Origin: Amoebophrya sp. A120
Lineage: Eukaryota; Protista; Dinoflagellata
Length of the DNA stretch: 64,000 nt
Direction: 5' to 3'
Assembly (NCBI GenBank): GCA_905178155.1
Contig: CAJINV010000016.1
Coordinates: 1,497,824-1,561,823, forward strand
How positions within the stretch are numbered: the first letter of the stretch is position 1; each line of letters begins with the position of its first letter. Below are positions 13,801 through 25,428 of the stretch, one piece after another. The notes beneath the pieces were generated by a model, which saw only the letters and a list, made by a program, of their open reading frames with translations, had not been told where the DNA came from and ran no database searches. The translations under genes were made by a program, and so were the position numbers.

Positions 13801-16800
13801 GTCTAAATTCAACGATCCAGTGGAACTCCGTAAGTTCAACAAATCTCCCGTTTCCGCCAACGGGCTGGCCTGCGCGTTCTGGTGACTGCCCTCCTTGTTT
13901 TTCGCCATGACCTGAATCAAATCCTTCCACTGCTGCCGGAGGTCACGGACCGTGGATTGAACCCGCTCGTCTTTGTGCGATTTGTATTTCTGGGTGAAAA
14001 CCCCGATTTTCGTTTTCCTCAGAATGTCCACCGTCATGTTGACATCGCGGAGGGCGTTGAGGAGGGGGAGAACTTCTTCGGGCGATTGACCTGAGTCCTC
14101 AATGTCGCGGATTACCTGATGTGAGTTGTGACTTTCACATTACAGATCACGAGAAGAATTGCACTTCTGCATGACAAAGAGTTTTCTCTCGCGTTTGTCA
14201 TGGGCAGCAAGATTCCATGTCGTAGCCAGTTGTATGTACCTGCAAAACTTTATTCAGCTCCGGATCCCTTCCGGCCGGCGGTGGCCCCACACTGGATGTT
14301 CTCGACGGCGGTCGTGGCAAGTTTGACCTCACCGGCGGCAGAGACGACTCCCGAGCCGAAACCCGCTGCGGCGGTGGTCTCGGAACCTTTGGAATTGCCA
14401 GCGGTATCCCGGATCTGCCTCGTTGTTGGCCGTCGTTGCTTTCCTGGGGCGGCGGTGGAGGCGGGGGCGGAATGATTTGGTTGTTGACAACTTCTGGCGG
14501 CGTCGCAGTTCCGGAAGATTTGATTCCTGAAGCCGCTTTGTTCCGGAAAGACGCCATATTCACTACGTTGTTGTTATTGTCTTTCTCCCCAAGCACTTTC
14601 GTATTGCCGTTGTTATTGCTGTTCTCCTCTTCTCCCCCACCAAACATGCCCATCACGGCGCTCCCGACGCCAGAAACTAAGTTTTCCACCACATTCGCAG
14701 CCGAACCAGATCCGCCGACCAACGCCCGATCCCGGTCGGATCTCTTGCTGCCAGTTTTCTTCTTGAAAGCGCCCTGGACGTCACCTCTAGCTGTGTCGTT
14801 GTTGTCGTCCTCAGACGCGGTGTCTGAACCGGAGTCCGCGTTATTTTCCGACGGTGAACTGGAACTGATGTCCTGTCTCGCCGGTCGTCTCTTATTTCTG
14901 TCGCCTTTCGAACTCTTCCTCCCTGTCTTCCCGTTTTGATTCCCAGTTTTCGTACTTCCATTCGGCCCAATATCCGGGCTGGCTTTCGATGTGCTTCTGT
15001 ATTGTTTCCGTTTCAGCTGCGATTGTTTCGACTGTTCGTACGGAGTGGTGTCGTGATTCCGCGCTTCGGCCGCCGCGTAAGCAGCGAGAGCCGCGCCGTG
15101 GTCGTACTGCGCATGAGGGTTGGTTTGCTGGGTCGCGTACTGATTGTACATCGCTTCGGCGCCGGCGGTTGCCGGATGGTTGTACCCTGCAGCCCCGGCT
15201 GCCGCCATCAACCCACCCGGACCTGGGAAAGCGGGCTGGTGCGCACCAAACTGCGGACTCCCAACCGGGCCGCTGGCTCCGGGCGCGACCATTGGCATGC
15301 CCGTGTGACCCGGGCCAGCGCCACCGTAGAGCTGATTCGCCGCGGCCATTTGCATGGCCAGGGGGTTGAGGCCCATCGGGTTGGCGGCCGCCATCATCGG
15401 GTTAAGCGCCATCATCAGCTGTTGTAGTGGGGTTTTTGCAATACAGATTTTTGTTTTTTGTTTTTCTTTTTCATCTCGCAATCGCTCAGCTATAGTGGGT
15501 TTTTTGCAATACAGATCGCATCCATTCATCGCAACAAATAAATGTAAATCACCTGTTGCTGCTGCTGCAACAATAACTGCTGCTGCTGTTGAAACGCCTG
15601 CTCGTACTCCGTCAACCCGCCACCCACGCTCGGTAAGTTCAGTTGCGGTTTGTACAGAGGGTTCATCTCCGCCTGCGCAGTCACCATCTGATACACGGCG
15701 CTATCCTCGTCCAATGGTACTAGTCTGTCCCCTGTGTGCGGGAAAGAGGGTAAAGGCTCCAGCGGGATTTTCGTCGCCTTTGCGTAACCAGAATCGTCGA
15801 TCAAGAAGGTGTTCACGAACCCGGCTACCACTCCATCCCGGACGAACGGGTCCATTTCCTGCACCCATCTAACATGCCGTCTCCTCAACCGCTTCAATAG
15901 TTCGAAGAAAAACGCGTCCAAAGGATGTCGTCGGGAGAACCTCGTTTGATGTTCCGAGGTATTATTTCCCGCCCCTCTTGTCTCCACATAAACAGCGTCT
16001 TGCTGCACGTCGTCGAACCGGAAGGTCCACTGGCCGGGGATGGGGCAGAGCGCTGCGATCTTCAAAAACGGCATGCCCCAGACCATGGAATATGGCGTTC
16101 TCAAACGTTTGATGCAAGAGCCGCAACAATCAAAGGCGCAAGCTTGCTGCTTTCGCATCACAGATTTGGCACGGATTTACTTAGAAGATGCTGCGTAGCC
16201 TTTCGGAGATTTGTCATACGAAGCGGCTTGATCATCCACCGCCCGGCTCAAAGTAGTTTTGCATGACAAATTCATGTAACAGTTCAGAATGTAACGCTTG
16301 AGAACGCCATATGGAATCCGGGTAGTCTTTGACTTGGAAGTACTTGGCGAAAAGAACTAAGACTGCTGCGTGGAGGAGAGGGAATTGGTCCCGGATGACG
16401 CAGTCGAGCATCTGGGTTTGCGGGTCGAAATGCGGCTTTTCGCCTGCGCGGACAAGGGGGCGCTTGTCGGAGAGCTCCTTTGTGTACCTGATGATAGAGA
16501 AACAGAAAGTGGTTTGTTGTATGTACAACATAAGTACGCAAAATTTGCTCATCATGCGTGGTTGTACTTCGTAGCTCAACATTTTGAACTGCAGCAGGAG
16601 AAGAAGATCTAGATCTTCCCCAGTAGTTTATTGTACCATGCAAACCGTTTCCGTTGCTTATCCCTCTCCTCATTCACTTTCTTCGCGAACCAGATCCTGC
16701 TGCCCGGTATGACTTTCTGCACTTTCTCCGCCAGAATCGCAATGTGTTCCTCCTCCCTCGGGTGTTGCCATCTGGACCCCAGTTCCTGGTTCGAGTAATA

Positions 16801-17968
16801 CGTGAATCCCGAGCCAAAATCACACTCCTCACTGGTCTTGTGTGCTGTCCACCCACTTGGTAACGGCGCGTAGTAGAGATCTCGGATCACGTGCACCAAT
16901 TGCGGTTGCTGCTCCAAATCCACGCCGAGATAGATCGCGTACTGCACCAATTCCTCCACCCTTTCATCCGTGAAAAACGACGCAAATCTCGGGTCGGAGA
17001 TCTCCTGCTGCGAAACTTGGGAGCCGGTTGGGGAGCCCTGCAAACCGGCAGAACTTTCCTTCTGCATCCCCATCGCGGCTTGCGCTCTGTGTAGTTGCTG
17101 GACCGCTTCCCGGTCGGAAACCCGTTCCCGTTGTTTTTTCTCGTGAATGGCTTGTTGCACGAGTCTTTGCTGCTCCCTTCGGGCTCGTTCGAACTCCTCT
17201 CTTAGTTCGTCCGAAATTTCGTATTTCATCTGCGCCGGCATCTTGTTCTTATTCCGGAGGAAAGAGGGGAGAAAGGAGGATACTTTCAACGGTTTGCTGT
17301 TCGACGTGGTAGATCCAGAACCACCAGCAGCTTTACTCGTAGATTGGCCCGCAGCGCCGCCTGCTTGCCCGCCGGCGGAAACTCGTTCCGAAACGGTTTC
17401 CTCTTTGATGCTGGATAAACCGCCTCTCGGTGGGGCGGTAAAGGAGAGGGAGGATTTAGCCGAGGCGGCTGCACCAGTTCCGGTTGTCGAAGAGTCATTT
17501 TGGGCGGTGGTCGTCGCCCCGGAAGTCGAGGATGAGGAGCTCGTCGCGTCAGTTGTCCCATTGCTCGCCGCCGTTTTGCTCTTGGCGGTTGAAGCCGCCG
17601 AGCCAGGAAACTTCGGGACGGACGGTGTCGACTTTTTCGCATCTGCGTCTGAGGGTGCGGGGTCTGTGATGAGTTTTTTCCATCGCTGCAAGCTCTCGCT
17701 TTTAGTGGACATAGAATCTTGCGACTGCTAGTCATCATGAATCTGAATCAATAGTAAAGTCGCAAATGCATCATAACATGCAAAATGTACCAGGCGGTGG
17801 CGGTGGCCGAAACGCATTGCTGGCTCGCTTCGGCACCGGTGCGGCAGCACCGAAGCCCGGGGTGTCGCTATCGCTGTCACTGTCGTCGATTTTTGGAACG
17901 GTTTTGTCCATCTTTGAAGGTTTTTTGCCGCCTGCTTGTGATGAAGAGGATGAACTTAGAGATGGCAT
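10867..17968 (-). CDS. ~2130-aa protein with two CEP164-like WW modules, a TFIIS-N-like domain and a C-terminal coiled coil
   Basis: EELVQYAIYLGVD...APLPSGW...YYSN...RWQHP and CPIPGQW...HPLDAFF; MTVDILRKTKIGVFTQKYKSH...LRQQWKDLI. GT-AG introns 14116-14239, 15419-15552, 16488-16636 and 17718-17790 (the last is least certain), plus introner 16091-16311. Spliced length 6396 nt. Confidence 0.72.
16091..16311. mobile_element. Introner, family F
   Basis: TIR TATGGCGTTCTCAA; DR tggaa; spliced YPDSMVWG. Confidence 0.9.
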
Positions 17969-18379
17969 GACTTACGCCGACAGGGTAAGTGGTGGCTGGA
18001 AAGACACCTGTTAGCCCCTACAACCTAGAGGAGCTACCCTGGATCCATTCTTCAGAAAAAACAAACCGATTTCTTGGTACACCAGGAGAGGGTGAAGCAC
18101 CTGGAGGTAAGAAGCATGATCTTTGGCTTCTTGACACTCCAGCAACAAGTAAGAAGTAGTGCTTCTAGTACCAGCACCAGGGCTGCTCTGCTATTATTGG
18201 CGTCCGTTGTGTTTTGGCACCGGAAAAAAGGCCGTCACACCCTTGTGCCGATTGCTATGCACGAATCGGGCGAGAAGACACTGACGCGATAGCATTGCTC
18301 GCCGCGTCTATGAGCGTCGACGCGGACCCGCAAGTTACCTAGATAATAGTACAACTTAAAGCGATAGCGAAAAGCACAT

Positions 18380-20510
18380 ACTCATAATCCCTCACTGATG
18401 CTGAGGGCTCGCTGCTGGGATCGGCAGGCGGCCCGTCGCGGCGCCCGGCTAGCCACATCTGAAATCATCCACAAGGGCGTGATCGGTGGGCGGAAAAGAC
18501 ACACCAAACAAGTCACGCCCTGGCAATCGTAATCGAGGGCAAAAGTCGTGGCGGCGGGGCACTCCGCAACCCCAAATCGCCGGACCGATCACCAACGGGG
18601 CTGCACAGGCCAGAACTGGCCCACTGCGCCAAGCAAAGCGCGGCGCGCGAGGCTTTCGCGCCCGGGGCAGGGGGGAGCGTAAGGCCTGCCAGCCGGCAGG
18701 CCCAAGCAGCGCCCGCCCTGCTGGAAGAATGGCGCGCCGGCGCTCCCCCGGAGGAGACCAGACGGACCCGCGACGCCAGCGGCGCAAACGGCGCCCGGGA
18801 CCTCCTCCAGCAAAAGGGCGGCCCGGCTTTTTGCGATCGGCATGGGCGGGGCGCGCGGGCGCGTGCCTCATCGGTCTGCAACGTCGTCGGCTGGGGACGG
18901 AGCCGCCGACCTTCCGCAAACTCGGACAGGCTTCCTTGCTTTTGGTTCTCGATTTCCAAAAGCCGGGTCGTTTTGATTTTCCCGCGGAATCCTGGCGGCC
19001 ACTTACTAACACACCGGCAGGCGAAGGACAGAGCCGGCAGACCAAGAGCACCAGGGCGCCCCTGCAATTCTCCTCCCCCAGAGGCAGCATCGTCCGGACA
19101 TCTTTCAGCACGTGAAGCGAGAAGTCGCGGGAAGACTATGATCCAAGAGACAGACTTCTAATTGTTGCAAACTTCGTGTAAATCTGTGATGTAGTATCTG
19201 CCTCTGCCACACCTCCCACGAAGAAATCTCTCTGAGTACGTGCCCGCTCCAGCTGCTTTTTTGCTCTCCTCTCGTCGTTCTTGCCTTGTGCACTCCTTCT
19301 TGCTGTCGCACTTCATTGCCCCCCACCAACACATACGGTGCCTGTGCCGATACACAGATCCTACCACGTCTTCTGAAGACGCTGTCCTGTGGGGATGCGC
19401 GCCGCGTCTGTGAGTATGAAATCCAAACACTTAACAAAGAAAAGACGCACTCGTCTCTTACTGATACTGAGGGGTGCTAACGTCGCCTCAACGTCATGCG
19501 GCGTGCCGCACGCCCGTGGCGACGCGGCGGCGCCCGGCTAGTTGCATCTGAAGCCACAAGGGCATCGGGCGAGCGGGGAAGGCACACAAACATCACGCCC
19601 CGGTAGTGATAATCGAGGGCCAAAGCACTTGCACCGGGGCCCCCCGCCAGCCTTGCCAAATCACCGGCAAGGCCCCATCAGTCACCTTCAGAACTGGGCC
19701 AATTTTCCACGCGAGGCGCCCGCCACGCGCGAGCATCTCGCGGCCCAAAAGGGGTCGCGCGAAGGGCCGCCCAATGGCCTCAGCAGCGCCCCAAAAGAAT
19801 AGCGGGCCGGCGCGCGGAGGATGGACGGGGACCCGCGGCGCCAGCATGGTCAACAACATCAAACAAGGGGCCCCGCCGTTGACGGACCGCGTTCGCGCTT
19901 TGTAGAGACATGGCGCGACCGTGGCGCTGGGCCCTTTCCCCTATTGGCTGCAGCCGTCATCCACAGAAACACAATCGCGGCCCCCGTGGCTTTCTGCTGC
20001 CTCAACAGCTGGGCGGCCCGGTTACCGGTCGGCGGGGAAACGGACGCGAGTCGGGACACCCCGCATTCGTTGCCCGCTAGGGGGCCGAAATTGGCCGCGA
20101 GCTCGGACACGCCCGGCGCCTGGCGGCCACCACAACGCTGGCGAATCCTGGAAGGAGGCTGTAGGCCAGCACTAGGCCGCTCCTGGGGTGCTCCGTCCTC
20201 GCAGGCGTCATCATCCGGGCACTGTTTAGCACGTCGCCACTGAGCAGCGTATTCCTGCCACAAAAAGTCCTCGTGATCCAACAATAAACAAGAAGACTAT
20301 GATCCAAGAAAAGAACTCTCCACACTTGTAAACTTCGTGTTCGTGTATCTCTGACAGTCTGTGACGTAATAAATATCTGCCACACATCCCACGAAGAAAT
20401 CTCTCTAAGTACTTACGTGCCCACTCCAATCCTGCTCTCCTCTCGTTCTTGCCTTGCGCGTTTCTTCTTGCTGTGGCACTTCATTGCCTTCCCACTACCC
20501 GCTCTGCCGT
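18380..20510. repeat. Diverged tandem duplication of a ~1.1-kb GC-rich intergenic unit
   Basis: Collinear shared blocks: GCGGCGCCCGGCTAG (~18438, ~19527), TAATCGAGGGC (~18530, ~19610), GAAGACTATGATCCAAGA (19131, 20292), CCCACGAAGAAATCTCTCT (~19216, ~20388). Confidence 0.75.
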
Positions 20511-20942
20511 GGCACACGCAACACACTTCGTTTTCGCGAACACGCCGGCGAAATAACATTCACACTGGTCCATCTGCAGCGCAGACACTGGTCCATCTGC
20601 AGCGCAATGCGGACACAGAGCATACTGAAACGGACACTAGGTCTCGGTCTCGATCTGCTACGAGAACCATAATATGCTGCTAGTTTAATCCAACAGCAGT
20701 ACGCAGAGTTTGTCCTCCGGAAGTTTTAATTTTTTTTATTTGTGATCTCCATTTACACACGTTGTCAATTGACCATCTCGGTCGTGGTCAAAATCTCAAA
20801 TCATATTCGGCGCGTTGTAGTGTCAACGAATTCGTCGCAAAATTGGAATGATACGTGGATTATTTTTCTTGAAAAAAACCCTCTGAAACTGAAGGCGCAG
20901 GCAATTGCAAAAAACGGTGGATGAAACGTACAAAACAACAAC

Positions 20943-23900
20943 TCACTGCCACGATCCCGTTCTGCCTGACCCAGAAGATCCTTTGCCACCTTTTGACGAC
21001 GAGGAAGGTCCTCCAGTACTGTAGCTTGTGTCACCTTGTTTTCCAGCATACCCGCCTTTACCACTGTTGTAGCCCCCGCCGCCTCTATCCGGCGTGTGCC
21101 TTGGATCCTCCTGCTGGCCCGCTCGCCACGAACCTGCTCCGGAATCTCGACCACTTCCGTATTGACTTTGCTGGCTGTATTGCTGGTTTTGATGCGACTG
21201 GTTGTAGCCACCGCTGCTTGTGTTGTTATACCCAGGAGACCCGTACGGCTGCGGGGACACAGCTGACGTTTGAGGCGAGGAAGACGCGCCGGCACCGCTT
21301 TGCCGCTGCTGGTTGTAGCCTGGTGTACCTGAAGACCAGGAACCTTGCTGATCCTGATACGCAGTGGACGATCCGTAGCTGCCCCCAGCACGATTGTAGC
21401 CCTGCTCAGAACCAGGAGGTCTGCTGGGATGTCCCTTACTCCCGCTGCTCCTGCCGCCGCCTTTCTGGTTTGAATCGCTAGATGTACCCCCGTACTGGCC
21501 ACTTGATGCTCCGTAGCTGAATGACTGCTGTTCCTGGCCGCGGTTGTTCATCCGGTCAACATTATACCCTTCTTGCTGCGAATACGTTGACGAAGAAGTG
21601 GCTCCGCTGTGCTGCCGCGGATAACTGTCCTGTCCTGTCGCGTAGTGCTGGTTGTAGCTGGAAGAGGACGCTGCGCTAACATTTCTCCCGCCCCCTGATC
21701 TAGGGCCAGCAGGCGGATAATTGTAGCTGTCCCCTCCGCCACCGTAGCCAGAATTTGGATTGCTGTATGCACCGCCTCCTCCGTAGCTGTTGTATCCACC
21801 CTGAGTTGCGTACTGACTGCTGGATGAGTACTGTCGCGTTCCCTGGCTGTTCGACGAGGTGTTCGATTGCTGCCTTCTCCACGAATCTTGCGACTGGAGC
21901 TCCTGCGGTGGAGCGCCGCGTGAAGATTGGTGATACTGCTGTTGCTGGTGCTGAGAGCTCTGCTGCGCGGGAAATGACTTGTTTGCAGCACCAGCAGTGG
22001 CAGTGCCCGGTGCTCCGGCCATTGCGTTTTGCCTGTTTGTAGCTCCTGCTGCTGCAGAAGTACTCGATGCCGGCACAAGATTTTTCGAACTCACACCCGC
22101 CGAAACCGATCCCCTCGCATCCAACTCTCCAACTGCTTCAACATCGTCATCCGCGCTACCTCCCTCCGCATCGTCGTCCTCATTTCCCTCACCTCCATCT
22201 GCTCCGTTCTTCTTCCGGCTGCGTCTTTTCCTTTTCCGTTTTCGTTTCTTCCCCGGGAAAACCAGGAGTGTCTCCGGGTCGACTTCCATTTCTATCAAGC
22301 AGAAAATTGTTAACGTTAACGGAATTTGGCATGAAGGAATGTACGAAAAATGATGCCTAGATTTGTATTGCACAGCATGCATGATAGCGAAGATTTGTCA
22401 TGCATGATTGCAATGCCTCAAAGCCGTTAACGTAAACTACACTTTTTCGTCTGATAATTTCTGGATAAATGTCAATCTCGTTGCTCGGGCCGTACTGCGG
22501 TCTGGTGTCGGGGATAAGTTTGTCGAGGCAGAGAACTGTCCGCTGCGGCTTCTGGATGGAATTCTGGGAGGAGATGTTGGAGGGTAGTTGCGAGCTGGAG
22601 GAAGAGCTGTGCTGATTTTGATGATGTCCACCTGCACCTCGTAATGAGGTGGAAAAACCTGTATTTGCAGTCGAGGTAGTTGAGCCAACAGCTGCAGTAG
22701 ACGATGGAACAAAAGTGCTCGCCGCACTGTTCAATTCAAACCCTGTGGCAGGTTGTGATGCGAAGGTACCGCCGACGGCGTTGTAGTTGTACAAATTCGC
22801 AGCGGTGTTTGTGCTCTGTTGCTGCTGAAAATTTGGATCACCAACTCCATACATCATGGTTCCAGCACCAGCAAGATACTGCTGTCCGTGACTCACATCG
22901 CCGGATATTTCCCTTGAGAACAGCTCGGGCGACGGGGAAGTCGCACTGTTCACCGTGCTTGGATTATTCCCGCCCGTCATGGTAGCGAAGTTCATGGTAC
23001 CAGTTCCAACAGGAGCCACGCCGTACTGACTCGCTCCGACGTGCTGCTGCTGCCCGGGTATGAAAAGCGATCCAGACCCGTAAAGTTGCGTTGCGACTTG
23101 CTGGAACTCTTGTTGGTAATCGACCGAATGAGATAACCCGGAGAGCGGGATCAATTGCTGAGTTTGCTGCTGTTGCTGCTGGGGAAAAACAGCTTGCTCC
23201 GCCGCAGAAAACTGTGGACTGGTAGCTTGCTGCTGCCCGCCGCCGGAAGTGCTCCCTGCGTTGAAGTTGTTGACCGAGGAGGCCGCGGAGCTTCCTCCGG
23301 CACCGATCGTCGGTAGTTGCTGCGAGAACTGCTGCTGATTGGCGTTTCCGCTCATCGCGCTGAAACCCAGGGAGCCAAATTGCGAGTTTGCTGGTGGGAG
23401 ATTTGCAGCTGATCGGGGCTGAAAGTGTTGTTGTTGTTTCATCGGTTGTTTCAGTTTATAATTTAGGTTTTCGGAACGGCGAAATTCGATGCAAAGTATT
23501 GGCATTGGAATAGGAACGGTTAGTGGAAGTGAATGGCTCTACGCATGATATCAACAAGCTTTACCTGATAAACCGGCCACTGCCAGTCTCCCGTTTCGTC
23601 GAAGGGCTCCCGAATCGTCTTCACCGTCTCTTCAAACGAATCGTCTTGGGATTGACCGCGGGTCATGGACTGTAGGTTTTTGTCATGCGTGCGTTCTTTG
23701 AAAAATCGGGTTTGCCATGCGCATTTCATACATTATGCTTCTGCATCTGTTACCTTTACCAGACAAAACAATCTTCATATACCAGCGACTGTGACTGCGA
23801 CAGTTTCTTGTTCGCTCCTCCCGCCGGACTTCCAAATCGGTTTTGTATCATCGTTTTGATCACAGCTTCTCGGAACTCCGCGAAGGTGTCATTCCGCGCG

Positions 23901-25428
23901 TTCGGCGTTTTGTCGTACAGGTCGGTTAAGTCAATGTTGTTCATCTCGTTGGTGAATTCCGTGAACGCTTTGTTTTGCAGCCAGTTTTTCGGGTAAATCT
24001 CCTCCAACAGCTCCATTGCGATCATCGCGTTTGACCAGTTTTTTTTCTCATTGGGAGAAGTTGTTTTATTACCAGGTGACCTTTGGTTCTGGTACGCTTG
24101 GCTTGACGTTGCTGCAGTTCCGCCAGCCACCAACATCTGCTGCGCCATCAAACTCCTGGCCGGGGCGGTTTGGTTCAAAACCGATTTCGGATCGTAATTT
24201 TCGCCCTGGGTATGCATACTGGACACCGTCTGCGGACCGGAATCTAGGTTGTCGCTTGTTGCAAAGCTGGTGGAGATTCGCAGTTGCTGTTCCCGCGGCC
24301 GGACGGTAGAGCTGCTCGAAGGACCTCTTGCCGGCGGCGAAAGGCGGCTTGCAGGCTTCGGAGAGCGGGAGGAAGAGGAGGGTGTGGGCTTGTTTATCGC
24401 ATGCTGTTGTAGTTGCTGTGCAGCTCCTGTGCGTGAGGTGGGTGATCGCACACCTGAAGAAGGCGAGACTACTTTCACGCTAGAAACTGCTCCGGATGAA
24501 CTCCCACTTCCTCCCTTCGCAGTTCCTGCCCCGTTGAAGCTCGTGGAGCTACTCGTCCCTGGGACTGTCAGCGACAAATCCAAGTTTGCCATCGTTTGTC
24601 CGGCGGCGGCCGGTGCGGTTAATGGCATGGCGACGTTGGAGTCTAGTAAGCCGGATTTTCCATGATTCGGCGTACTCCCGGAGGATTTGCTCGGGGACGA
24701 GGGGACGGACGCGGTTCGAAGAGGTTCCGTACCTTCGTCTGCATCGTGGAAAGAGGACGAGCTGCCCGAGTGACTGCTTTGGGGAGCTGAGGGTGAGTTT
24801 GTTTGAAACCGAATTTAAAATCAACCCTTTGCTCGCTCCGAATTTGAAATCAAGAACGTACTTGCTCACTATAATGGCTGTACGTTTCCACGCTCTCGAA
24901 CTGAAACTGTGCACAGCAACAACAGGTGATCGCAGCTGTGTATATTAACACCAATAGCACTACACTTGAAATTGAATGCAGGATTAAAGATCATCAATTA
25001 CAGGCCAATTTTGTCGTCGCCCCCGCCGGCGCAGGAGCGCCAGTTCTCGTCTGCGTCCCTAGTGCCGCAGAACCTGTCCCATCTTCTCCCTGCTGTATCA
25101 CGTTCACATCCATCCCCTGCTGACCCTCGGGCCGCACGCCGAACAACATCCCCACGGTGGAAGAAAAGAACGTGCCCAGAACCCCGCTGCCCGCACTTTG
25201 ACTTTGCGAGGAGGGAGACTCATCGCCGCCCACCGTCGCAGGGGCGGAGTAGACGGAGACGGAACCGGAGTGCTGCCCGTCGTCCTCGTCATCGAGGGCG
25301 AGTTCGATGGGGTCATTGCGGTTGCGGGAGTCGCTGCCGGAAGCTGTTGGCCCCGTTTCCACCCGGAGGTTGCTGGGACGGCGGCTGGAGGAGGCGGTGG
25401 ATTGCTGGGTAGTAGAATTGTCCTGCAT
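20943..25428 (-). CDS. ~1280-aa low-complexity protein with PAM2-like motif, basic NLS-like tract and G/S/Y/Q-rich prion-like tail
   Basis: GT-AG introns 24787-25001, 23670-23782 and 23419-23564 plus introner 22293-22456 join ORFs 24994..25428, 23756..24628, 23520..23729, 22357..23505 and 20943..22382 in frame (3843 nt); ELNSAASTFVP; KKRKRKRKRRSRKK. Confidence 0.7.
22293..22456. mobile_element. Introner, singleton, diverged TIR
   Basis: TATCAAGCAGAAAATTGTTAACGTTAACGG ... CCGTTAACGTAAACTACACTTTTTCGTCTGATA; DR atttc; spliced IYPEMEVDP. Confidence 0.8.

Noticed and set aside
18449-20284. Arg/Pro/Gly-rich ORFs in GC-rich intergenic DNA (also 26159-27910 and 62263-63694)
   Set aside because: Expected by chance at high GC, and frames are not conserved between repeat copies.
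22358-22417. 60-nt GC-AG intron flanked by AGGCAT
   Set aside because: Leads into a frame that soon stops; the introner 22293-22456 explains the junction in frame.
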